This document shows positions 9,899 to 19,445 of a stretch of DNA of 64,000 nucleotides, one piece after another. The notes beneath the pieces are model-generated. The model worked only from the letters and a program-made list of their open reading frames with translations. It ran no database searches and was not told the DNA's origin. How positions within the stretch are numbered: the first letter of the stretch is position 1; each line of letters begins with the position of its first letter. The DNA lies in the NCBI GenBank assembly GCA_965644495.1, contig CBFFSA010000001.1, positions 806,001 to 870,000 on the forward strand, given 5' to 3'. The stretch is from Perkinsela sp. CCAP 1560/9 (taxonomy: Eukaryota > Protista > Euglenozoa: Kinetoplastea). The translations under genes were made by a program, and so were the position numbers.

Positions 9899-12223
9899 AT
9901 GAACCTGGAATACGCACACGCCTTGCATGGATTTGAACCAAAACTCGTCACGACATCTCTCACCAAGCCACTGCAGCGCCTACTTAATGTGAAGCAGGAT
10001 AAATTCGCTCAAATAATTTGGAATATGGTGTACCTCTTTGTAAATGACGCGGAAAATACAAAGGAAGAGATGTACAAGGGGAGTCCTACTCTATCCTCAT
10101 CAAGTGCCAGTTCCCGTACTATACCGCACATCGTCTTGCTTCAACATCTCGCCCAAACACGTCCCTTCCTTCGACGGGCGATTTTAGCCTGTCGGTGGCT
10201 GGAACTCTTCTTTCGGTACGAAGCTCACGAAGACTCCGCGTTCACAAAATCACTGCGGGAAAAAGAAAAGGCCTCTATGGCCCAATTCCTAAAGAACAAT
10301 AACTGGCTAGGGTACGAAAAGGAAGAGCAGCTGCTCTATGCGGTCATTTCGCACATTCGAAAAGGAAATCTCCAAGGGGCCGCGAGACAATGTACCGAGG
10401 AGGGAGCGGCATGGCGAGGGGCAGTGTTCACGTGTGCACAGCCCAGCCGCGTCCCAGGCTTGTCGAAATGGTTCCCCAATGCCTCCCTGATTCCTCTGTT
10501 CGGGGAATACGCCACGGATCCCACCCAAGAGCTTAACAGCACAGTGATGGATGACGCTCAGCGTGTACGAACGCTGGGGACCATGAAGGAGTTAAAATCC
10601 CGTGGCGCACAGAACATGAGAGGATCAGAGGAAACCTCCGCGGCAACACAGCGTTTAAATCGTTGTGTAAGTGGTTTACTCAGCGGGGAGATAGCCGCAA
10701 CGGAAGGGGTGTTTCATTTCTGGTATGACCGTTTGTGGGCAATTTTACGATGTCATCTTATTCATATACAGACACAGGTTTCCAGTAAACTCCATTGTGA
10801 AAAGTCCGCCGCTCACAAGGTCGGATCGTGGTCCGATAGTGGGATCGAATCATGGCTCGAGAAAGCGGAGGAAGGGCTCGTTAGGGATGTCCACAGTTGC
10901 ATAGAAAATGCTAAGGATGAGAATCCAAGGGATCAGCTTATGGTGAAGCTTTTGGGCGGCATGTTATGTAACGAGAAAGAATGGATTCATGAAGCTCTCA
11001 CGGTAGGTATAACTCACCAGACTGCTTTTGATACAATTTTTTTGGCCCATTTGTTTTCTGTTTTGCACATGAGCTTTATGGGGCATAGTTTTCCTTTTGA
11101 CATTTCACAACATAAGGGCTATTCGACACTTATGCAGGTTGCATCAGCCGCCTACTGTAAGGAAGCAAATAAAGCCCGGGAAGGCGACGCAGAACGACTT
11201 TTCGAAGCCCCTTTATACTTATTATGTGACATACAGAGTGATACAGCTCGTGATGAGCATCTTGTAGAATATTTCATTGAGGCGCACACAGCGGGGAACA
11301 ATTCAATGCCGAGCGATCGGCTGGAACCACTGCTTGCGCACATGTTTAGCGTGTTCGATTGTTTAACGCACACCCGCTATCAAAATTCTTCATGGGATCG
11401 TGAAGAGATGTTGCACGCTCCAGTCTTGGCCGAGAAAATAACCAAGACTGTAGAATACCACATCGCCAATGAATCCCAGGTTACAGAACTACAATTATTT
11501 ACACGTTCTTATTTTTGGGTCTTTCTTGGGTGCAATCTTAGAAACTGTGAGGCAACGTTACGAGTAATGCTGAGCAGACTGCGAGAGGCTATTGTTCGAA
11601 TAGGACAGTTACAGGAAGAATTGAATGATGCAAGGTTCATTTTAAATGGAGCACTTGGTAGACCCTTCTTCTTGTTACGCGAAAAGAACGCGAATGAGGA
11701 TTTGGTATCATGTGAATCAGAAGCGACAGAGTATGAAACGATGATGTGGTATTCCTACGCTGAATCACTGGCCACAGTGGCGAAAGATGCAGAACTTAAA
11801 CTCTTTTATCGAAACTCAGACACAACGGGCATATCACAATCCCTGTCTCGTCGACCGATAGGGGAATACTTCAAGTTGAAAAGGGGTTTTGCATGGGAAA
11901 GTTCAAAAACTGAACTTGACAGCACTTTAATGGCCACGCTGCACTATCTAGATCTTTGGCGGTCGAAGTCAACTTTGTTCGTTGAGGAAACTAGCTCAGA
12001 AATAGTAGCTCAACTGGTGGAAATACATCAAAGTCTCGTGTGCAAGTCCATGCTCTACACTACAGCAGGAACAAAACTTTCGCATTGTTCTGAAGAACAT
12101 CAAAATTGGGTGCAGAATATTGTGCAGAAATACCCATGGACAACAAAAATACGTGCATCAAATACATACACTGAGACATTTTTGCAAAAGTTGGAGGAGA
12201 TTTTGACTAACAATGCGGCATAA
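9899..12223 (+). CDS. Nucleoporin Nup107/Nup84 family
   Basis: CRWLE, EEQLLYAVISHIRKGNLQGAARQCTEEGAAWRGA and WYDRLWA match conserved Nup107 blocks. 774 aa. Confidence 0.75.
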   Translation: MNLEYAHALHGFEPKLVTTSLTKPLQRLLNVKQDKFAQIIWNMVYLFVNDAENTKEEMYKGSPTLSSSSASSRTIPHIVLLQHLAQTRPFLRRAILACRWLELFFRYEAHEDSAFTKSLREKEKASMAQFLKNNNWLGYEKEEQLLYAVISHIRKGNLQGAARQCTEEGAAWRGAVFTCAQPSRVPGLSKWFPNASLIPLFGEYATDPTQELNSTVMDDAQRVRTLGTMKELKSRGAQNMRGSEETSAATQRLNRCVSGLLSGEIAATEGVFHFWYDRLWAILRCHLIHIQTQVSSKLHCEKSAAHKVGSWSDSGIESWLEKAEEGLVRDVHSCIENAKDENPRDQLMVKLLGGMLCNEKEWIHEALTVGITHQTAFDTIFLAHLFSVLHMSFMGHSFPFDISQHKGYSTLMQVASAAYCKEANKAREGDAERLFEAPLYLLCDIQSDTARDEHLVEYFIEAHTAGNNSMPSDRLEPLLAHMFSVFDCLTHTRYQNSSWDREEMLHAPVLAEKITKTVEYHIANESQVTELQLFTRSYFWVFLGCNLRNCEATLRVMLSRLREAIVRIGQLQEELNDARFILNGALGRPFFLLREKNANEDLVSCESEATEYETMMWYSYAESLATVAKDAELKLFYRNSDTTGISQSLSRRPIGEYFKLKRGFAWESSKTELDSTLMATLHYLDLWRSKSTLFVEETSSEIVAQLVEIHQSLVCKSMLYTTAGTKLSHCSEEHQNWVQNIVQKYPWTTKIRASNTYTETFLQKLEEILTNNAA

Positions 12224-12496
12224 TTGCTGCGTTTCTAATTTGTGCGAGCATCAAAGCACCCTTTCGTGTGCTGCTTCACTTCTATTTCTCCTTGTTTACG
12301 AGTTTACTTGGAGAACATGGTTTTCGTTCATCAAAAGCAGAATAGTTACACTTTGTTCCAATCCCAAAAGATTCTTTCATAGATTAGGTTTTCATATTTT
12401 GTAGCAATTGAAAATTGAGTTGCAGTTATAAAGTGTTGAAGTTGCAGTTAGTTGTAGATTCTGCCGGATCACCATACTTACTATTACGTATGTCTA

Positions 12497-13027
12497 ATGC
12501 AAGAGCACAGAGCACGGACTCTAGCAATGCTAGAAAAGTTCAGAACGCGGTATGAAGAAAGATCCATAAAGGAACAAGCGGAAAACCCGACGGAAGGGGA
12601 AGCTTCGAGAGTTGCTGAATCATCAAAAGATCGTGCGTCAACAACCGATTCTCAAGCCACAATGTCACCTCAAGCCGCGTCCTCGTGGATTAATAGGTTA
12701 AAGTGGCAGAGCGTAGAAGACACTCGAAAGAGCGCAAAGGACCGTTTTCTCGCCCGGTTAAGCGGCGACGATTTTTCCGACGCTGGTGATGCCTACAATT
12801 TACCCGAAGAAGAGAATGCCATTTTCACTGTAAGCAATAATGAACAAAACGTTTCTGAAAAGAACGGGACTGAAGGAAAACCGCTAAGCTTCGCAGAAGC
12901 AAAATTGCAGTACAAGAATCATGAGACGGCGGGATATTTTTCAACTCCTCCAATTTTCTTGACGCACAGAAAGGAAAAAATAACCCCCTTTACGGTTTCA
13001 TTAGCCAAGCAACATGACGAACGATAG
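12497..13027 (+). CDS. Hypothetical protein
   Basis: 176-aa ATG ORF on the gene-cluster strand with natural composition. Confidence 0.6.
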   Translation: MQEHRARTLAMLEKFRTRYEERSIKEQAENPTEGEASRVAESSKDRASTTDSQATMSPQAASSWINRLKWQSVEDTRKSAKDRFLARLSGDDFSDAGDAYNLPEEENAIFTVSNNEQNVSEKNGTEGKPLSFAEAKLQYKNHETAGYFSTPPIFLTHRKEKITPFTVSLAKQHDER

Positions 13028-14549
13028 GACGGCGTAATAAAATGGTGCTGCTTCTTGGCCTTATCAGAATTTTGTCTCCTACCGGAATCTCTCATAGGAA
13101 GCATTGTCTCTCACGTGTTACGATCAAAGGAGACCTGGGAGTAGAGACGGGAAACGAATTTGCGTCGACATTAAAGGGGGTCACAGTATACATGTATGTT
13201 CTTCCCATCCATGTGTTGTTTCACCTGCTATATCACTGTCTTTGACGAGTTGGTTGACTGTTTCGTAATGCTCATCTTCCCCACTACTTTCCACCACTTT
13301 TATGTCGCTACCTTGCTGTGGAAGCAAGGAAGACGGTGCAGGCTAGGAGGCAGAATCTATGAACCACGCGGATAATAAGTCTTGTAAAAGTTTTTCCTCG
13401 TGAGTCTGTTCTCTATGCCGCTAGGGAACGGAAACAAACACAGATTATGCACAACATGAAGCCCGCATAACCCCTCTAGATTCACCACTGGCGCAGGAGA
13501 CGGAATTCCGTTCGGGCGAACGCATGTCTGGCATCTTTTGATGGAACAATGAAAATCCAGCTCCCCCACGTTCCCCCGACTGAGATCCTATCCTTTCCTA
13601 CAAGGCCGATCAAATCGCCCGAGACTACTACTGTTGCTTGCATACAATCGAGGAAGCTTTTCGTTTTTATGTCATACGTGTTAATCATATATCTTTTGCA
13701 ACACTTATGAAGGCACGTGTTCTGGTTCAAACATTTGTGTTTGCAGGGGGCGTCTGTGACGGACAGTGTTGCCGTCATTTCCGGAAATTGTGGCACCTTT
13801 GATGTCGTGGAGTGGTGATGCGGGCATTAGAGACGAGATCTTCTGCTCGGAGTAGAGGCTTACATGGTCACATGTGGTAGTGTTTCGCGTAGGAACGCCG
13901 CGTGGTTCTCTTGTGAAGTCCTGCGGGGCATTGGCATGAGTTCGTCGGGGAAAGTGTCGCGTCATGGAAATACATTTTAAGTAAGAAATTTAAATAGCAT
14001 GATGATATCATACCATTTAAGATAGAGTATTTTTAGGATGTAACTAACTTGCGCATATGACGCTGTTAGTTGCATCCCTTATGCGGACAGTGTCCCTGCA
14101 TCGCTCCATTGCGGGGAATCACGCTTGTGCCATAATAAGAAGCTGGAACGGATAGCAGAGAAAAGCAAAGAAGGGGAAGGAGGTGGAGAGAGAAAGGGAA
14201 GAGACAAAATGTGAAGAAGAGAAAGAGGCAGAAGAGGAAGAAGGAAGAGAAAGAGAGGAGGGGGGAGGCAGAGCGGGAAGAAGAGGAAGAGGAAGACGGG
14301 GAAGAACGGAGAGATACCGGAAGGATAAGAGACGGAGGGGCTGGAGTTCTATGTATCCAGCAGGAAAATAGACTTTGTACCACGGAGTGTTAGCCTTTTT
14401 TGCTACCGACTATTTTATAGCAAATAAATATTTAGGAACACGGGTAAGTGAAAAAATGATTTTTTTAAACCTTTCTTACGGCCTCGTAATCTCGCCTCTA
14501 GAAACAATTCTGTGCAAAAGCCCAAGTTAGGATGAATGGTCCAGATTTC

Positions 14550-14635
14550 CCCCCGAAAAAGCATGCCCCCCCAGTAAGAGAGATTTGGTCATTTTGACCC
14601 AAATCCCATTCTCTTACTGGCCCTTTCTCTTACTG
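14550..14635 (-). repeat. Diverged, inverted fragment of the MITE family seen at 44991-45311
   Basis: Its reverse complement CCAGTAAGAGAATGGGATTTGGGTCAAAATGACCAAATCTCTCTTACTGGGGGGGCATGCTTTTT aligns by eye to 45008-45070. Confidence 0.65.
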
Positions 14636-14838
14636 TTTTCATGATTTTTGAGTGGGGGGGGCGTATTGTGCTACCGTAGTAACAGCGCTTTTGATTTTAG
14701 TCTTTTCCCACTTTTTCGAAGATGTACGTGAAGGGGGTGACGGTACACGCAAAGCATTGTAATTTTATGTTGTTCAGATTTCACTGTATGTTCAAATTTT
14801 GATTTCGATTTTCGATCTTATTGCACCATTGGAACATT

Positions 14839-15348
14839 ATGGTAATCAACGAAGGAGCGTGGAAGAAGACAACACAACAAAAGCAGCGTCGCAGTTATGC
14901 CACTGGACGACCCTTACGAAGCAAAACAGAGACCTTTAAGAAGAATATCCCCCTTCTTGCTTCTAAGAAAATTCAAGAGGACACGGAGAATTCTGACGGA
15001 GAGCCGAACACGTTTGACCCTATCAGTAGGGACCCTTTCTTTTTAATTCCGCGTGATTCGAAATACTGGCAGCCCAGTGCAGAGACCATTCAAAGATTAC
15101 GAAACACTACAGCGAAAATGCCGACTTATAACCGAGTGGGGACTTCCTCTATTACAAGTCCAACACAACTTCCTGGCGAAAACAAGCGGGGTGAAAACGA
15201 CACCAAGCCCAGCAAAGTTGAGAAACCGAAGCGCATGATAAAAAAGCAGGGTCATATCCAACCTCCCAGGGGCATGGACGTCTCCAAGCGTAGACGGGAG
15301 TTGGAGTCGAGCGACGATGAAAATACTAAGGAAGTAGCCGAGGTCTGA
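14839..15348 (+). CDS. Hypothetical basic protein
   Basis: ATG ORF (MVINEGAWKK...) on the gene-cluster strand, followed by pyrimidine tracts. Confidence 0.5.
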   Translation: MVINEGAWKKTTQQKQRRSYATGRPLRSKTETFKKNIPLLASKKIQEDTENSDGEPNTFDPISRDPFFLIPRDSKYWQPSAETIQRLRNTTAKMPTYNRVGTSSITSPTQLPGENKRGENDTKPSKVEKPKRMIKKQGHIQPPRGMDVSKRRRELESSDDENTKEVAEV

Positions 15349-15725
15349 CTTCCTGTGGCAAATTCTACATAAAAACATGTAGTTTGCTCAGACATCTCTC
15401 TACTTCTCCAAACATTATTATTTTTCTACACACTCCCACCACTTTTTTTTCCACCATCCCCTTTTCTCCAAAAGCATGTGAAAACAAAAAAAAACAGGTG
15501 AAACGGGCATGTTTTTGTACCGACTCTTCCGACTGAGTGAAAACGATTTTTGTAATATTTGAATAAATTTAAATAGTGTTCATCCCGTAAGTCAATAGCT
15601 GCAGCCCCTAAAATACGGTATTTTGGGAGCTTGCGACCTCAGCTACCATTCTACGACGTTTTTCTTGAGACGCCTCTTGCCCCTACTGGTAAAGCATCAA
15701 ATACGGCCAAAATTTGAGTTAACGT

Positions 15726-17170
15726 TGTGGATTGTCATACTCAGTGCAACACCTTTTTGTCATACTCAGTGCAACAAAAATGAGAAAAATATGGGTGTGT
15801 TCCGGATGTCAGGATTTTCGCATACTCAGTGCAACACTGTTTTTTCGGTCGGACAGCACCACAAACGGACGCGGGATTGTATGAGCCATGTTAAGAAAGA
15901 AACAATGGATTAAGAAAAAAAAATTATGTAAGGAGAAGAAAAAAGGAGTACCTGGATAATCGATATTGACGGAGCAACATAACGCGTTTCTTTAGTAAAG
16001 AGATAAACTTTTTACCTTTACTGCTTTACAACTTACGGCTATACAACTTACTGCTTTCATGTATAGTACCGTCTCTTTATAGTAAAATTTGGCCTTCCAA
16101 GCTCTTTGGGGAGAACCATTTCAAGCACTTTCGTGGCCGTTTGTTCAGTTTGTTGGCCGTCTTACTAACTTCGCGCTGTGTCAACTCCTCAAAAGTATCT
16201 GACTTGGTGTGATACTGACGGACCAGACCATTCATGTTTTCAACGGCCCCCTTTTCCCATGAATGGTAAGGATGACAAAAGTAAGATTTGCATCCTAACT
16301 TCTTGTTGATGGCTTCATGTTTGGTGTTTTCAGTTCCATTGTCATACGTTATGGTATGCACTTTGTATTTCTTTAAGGCTTTCAGCACCTGTGTTTCAAC
16401 TTCTTTTGACTGCTTGGATTGAAATACACGAAGGACAACAAACCTACTCTTTCGTTCACAAAGAGTCAGGATGAAATACCCACTTTTCTTTGCTCCCTCA
16501 ATTAAATCGGCCTCCCAATCACCATACCGACGTCGTGTGTTTACTATTTGGGGACGATGATCGATAGAAACCCGGTTTGGAATGGTACTTCGACCATGAA
16601 TGCGTCGAACATAAGGCCGCCTTCCGCGGATCCGTAGGCACCTATGAATCTTCCCCCCATTGTCTTTGTCTCGACGAACAAATCGATAGATTGTGGAAGT
16701 GGATGGTGAACCTTGTGAGCCGACAACAAGTGTATTAGCAACCTGCTCCGGGCTGTGAAGCTTTCGGAGACGGGTCTTTACACTTTTTTCAAGACTGGCT
16801 CGAATTAGACGTGGTCTGGTTCCTTTATTAACCAGTCGTCTCTTGGCAACACGATGGGCACGGCTGGAACGGTATTGCCCACCTCTTTTCCTGTTGCGTG
16901 CCAGCTCACGACATACCGTACTTGGGGACTTATCAATCGATCGGGCAATTTCCCTCCTCGTGGCGCCACTTTCAAACATCGTTTGAATATCTTTGCGATT
17001 GTTTTCAGATAATCTTCTGTACTTTGGCATGAATGAACTGAATTATGTAGAAATTAGTATATGAAGTGTATTATGTAGAAATTAACCTTTTGTTGCGCTG
17101 AGTATGACAATTATTATTAATTTGTTGCACTAAGTATGACAAATTGTTGCACTGACATTGACAATCCACA
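15726..17170 (-). mobile_element. Complete IS30-family insertion sequence (1445 bp)
   Basis: 26-bp imperfect IRs: TGTGGATTGTCATACTCAGTGCAACA (15726-15751) and the reverse complement of 17145-17170, TGTGGATTGTCAATGTCAGTGCAACA. Both follow the IS30 TGTxGATT...GCAACA pattern. Flanks are ACGT/ACGT (or a 2-bp CG duplication if the ends extend by 1 bp). Confidence 0.93.
16077..17030 (-). CDS. IS30-family transposase, intact, 317 aa
   Basis: N-terminal HTH (REIARSIDKSPSTVCRELARN), SPEQV, STIYR, and the DDE triad GDWEADLI / TYDNGTE / WEKGAVENMNGLVRQY, plus LNKRPRKCL. Confidence 0.96.
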   Translation of the reverse strand: MPKYRRLSENNRKDIQTMFESGATRREIARSIDKSPSTVCRELARNRKRGGQYRSSRAHRVAKRRLVNKGTRPRLIRASLEKSVKTRLRKLHSPEQVANTLVVGSQGSPSTSTIYRFVRRDKDNGGKIHRCLRIRGRRPYVRRIHGRSTIPNRVSIDHRPQIVNTRRRYGDWEADLIEGAKKSGYFILTLCERKSRFVVLRVFQSKQSKEVETQVLKALKKYKVHTITYDNGTENTKHEAINKKLGCKSYFCHPYHSWEKGAVENMNGLVRQYHTKSDTFEELTQREVSKTANKLNKRPRKCLKWFSPKSLEGQILL

Positions 17171-17682
17171 ACGTTGGCAAAGGCCCAAAAATCGGGCGTT
17201 TTCACCTAAAAAATATATCATTCATGATTTTTTGTCAATTTTTCTTTTTTAGTCGCTTCGTTAAACGCGGAGGTAGTTTTCAACGCGAAGCGCGCAGCAG
17301 TGGCTCCTTCTAGCACCATTACCCTTAAAATTCTATTTCGCTATGAGCTTCTATTGCTAAGGGAGTGATACAATACTATAAACTCAATTTATTTGAGTGA
17401 GTAAAATCCTACCATTGACTTACGGGATGAACATTCCTTCCTAGAATTTCTAAACACTCTTTTGCGCATTGCAAAAGTGAAAGGGGATTGCAATCCCGTA
17501 ATACAAGCATTTGTAATATTTATGTACAGTATTAATGAGGAACGACAAAATGCTTAGGCAAGTTTAATAACTTTTTTCTACTCCTCGGAGAGAAATTTCA
17601 TTGAAAAAAACATTGGTACAAAAATATACCTTTTTGACCAAAAAACATTCTCAAACTCCCACAACCCATCTGCACACCCCCC

Positions 17683-18387
17683 ATGCTCCACCCCACCCTC
17701 CTCACCCCCTACCACCACGACGTCCCCGACGACCTCGTCCCCCCCGGCACCCCCACCCCCCGCTTCGCCTCCCACGCCAACCCCGCCGCCCGCGCCGCCA
17801 CCTGGACCGCCCTCCTCCTCTCCCCCCACACCCCCTCCCACCGCCCCCTCCTCACCCTCGGCTCCGCCACCCCCCGCTCCCGTCTCCTCCCCTGCCGCCT
17901 CCCCCTGCAGCGCGCCCTCACCGCCCTGCTCCGCCTCCCCCCCCACGCCACCCGCCTCGGGCTCCTGCGCGGCATGCGCCCCCCCCAGGGCCACGGCCCC
18001 CTGCAGCTGTTCCCCCGGCCCGCCCCGGGGCTACGGGACACGCGAAAACATCACCTGGGGCCCCACGGGCGGTACGCCGTTGTGCACACCACGTTTGACG
18101 TGCTGGTGGACGAGACGGTGGTGGTCGGGGGGGAGGGGGGGGAGGGGTGGGGGAGGCTGGTGGAGGTGCTGTGGGGGGCGGTGGAACGGGCCGCGGAGGT
18201 GCCGTCGTTTCGGCAGTACGGGATTAACTATTGTGAGGGGGCGGAGGGGGGTGGTGGGGAGGCGGCGGTGGGGATGTGGGGAGGGAGGAGGTTGAGTGTG
18301 GAGGAGGTGGTGGAGGGGAGGACAAAGGAGGAGATGAAGATGATGGAGGCGGAGATGTGGGGGGGAAAGGGGGAGGGAGGGGGGTGA
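17683..18387 (+). CDS. Hypothetical protein spanning a C-rich/G-rich skew island
   Basis: 234-aa ATG ORF. This frame places C, then G, at third codon positions, as in the identified genes. Confidence 0.5.
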   Translation: MLHPTLLTPYHHDVPDDLVPPGTPTPRFASHANPAARAATWTALLLSPHTPSHRPLLTLGSATPRSRLLPCRLPLQRALTALLRLPPHATRLGLLRGMRPPQGHGPLQLFPRPAPGLRDTRKHHLGPHGRYAVVHTTFDVLVDETVVVGGEGGEGWGRLVEVLWGAVERAAEVPSFRQYGINYCEGAEGGGGEAAVGMWGGRRLSVEEVVEGRTKEEMKMMEAEMWGGKGEGGG

Positions 18388-18558
18388 GGGAGGGGGGGGA
18401 AGGGGGGATGTTTCCTTGGCTTGAAAAAGAAGAATGGATTTCTTTGCAAAAGAACCCATACAGGAGCTGGTTTTACATGTTTCGTCCGTTACTGTTTTCG
18501 ACACACCATCCGACTCTCCAAAAATTTCTTCCCCCTCCTTTTTTCCCTTTCCTTCCCC

Positions 18559-19233
18559 ATGCTCCTCCGCACCTCCCCGCTCCGCCTCCACGAGCGTCAA
18601 CTCCCCTACTACGCGCAACAAATGTACGAAGCTGAGCGTCGTCTCCGGGCCTCCCGTACCTACCCCGGCCCCATCAAGGCCGCAACCCCCGGACCCGTCC
18701 AGTGTTACTACAGTAAAATCCCTCGACGTGAGATCTTGCCCGATTCGGAGCGTCACTACTGGCGTCCCGTCGTGGATGACCCCGTGAGCTCCGCACAGGT
18801 TACGTTCCATGTGCGGTTCAGTTCCAATGTCTGGGTCGCCTCTCGGTGGGAGAAAAGGCTACATTACCAGACGGTACGTATCCCCCAGGGGAGTACGGTA
18901 CGACAGTTGCTGCATTACACGGTCGCGAGCAACCATGCCCCGTGGGCGGAGCTGCATAACATTACCCTAGCAAAAGAGGGGAGGGCGTTGGATTTGGATG
19001 CGACATTAGAGCAGGCGGGGCTGCTGGGGACGTCGGATTCCGGAAAGGACCATGTGGTGGATGCGATTGAGGCGAATTCCGCGGTGGAGCATACGCCGGA
19101 GGAGAGGCCAAGGGACTGGAATGAGGATGAGATCACCGCAGAGGATGAGCAAATGGTGCATACCCGGTTAATGAATGCGGTGCCCGGGACGTGGTCCCGA
19201 CCGTATCGTTATCGGCCGATCGTTAAGTTTTAG
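18559..19233 (+). CDS. Probable mitochondrial protein with a ubiquitin-like fold
   Basis: MLLRTSPLRL presequence-like start. VRIPQGSTVRQLL...ITLAKEGRALDLDATLEQAGL is a beta-grasp signature. Confidence 0.6.
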   Translation: MLLRTSPLRLHERQLPYYAQQMYEAERRLRASRTYPGPIKAATPGPVQCYYSKIPRREILPDSERHYWRPVVDDPVSSAQVTFHVRFSSNVWVASRWEKRLHYQTVRIPQGSTVRQLLHYTVASNHAPWAELHNITLAKEGRALDLDATLEQAGLLGTSDSGKDHVVDAIEANSAVEHTPEERPRDWNEDEITAEDEQMVHTRLMNAVPGTWSRPYRYRPIVKF

Positions 19234-19445
19234 GGGAATGGAGAGATGGGGGATTTCCCCTCTTTTTTGTACATTACTGAATGGGTATTGGTAGACCCAC
19301 AAGATGGTATCGGAAACACATGTGGGATACTTAAATAGTGCAACGATACGCTTTTGAATACGAAAAAAAGATGATATGGTTTCATTCGCATTTCACATCA
19401 AGGTGTACTATCTCTTTTGCTACATCTTAGTCCGATCTATTGTAA

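Larger units (their letters stand above)
15577..17433. mobile_element. Small non-autonomous element with perfect 20-bp TGT...ACA inverted repeats, interrupted by the IS30 element
   Basis: TGTTCATCCCGTAAGTCAAT at 15577-15596 and its exact reverse complement at 17414-17433. About 0.4 kb without the insert. Confidence 0.7.

Noticed and set aside
14066-14393. Purine-rich tract with short ORFs on both strands
   Set aside because: Low-complexity sequence, and no reading frame is convincing.
15733-15836. Repeats CATACTCAGTGCAACA as a CRISPR array
   Set aside because: Irregular spacing, and mirrored at the other IS end, so they are transposon end motifs.
16077-17030. Whole window or IS region as bacterial contamination
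   Set aside because: Surrounding genes are clearly eukaryotic, and the IS has a target duplication inside another local element. Read-level confirmation is still needed.
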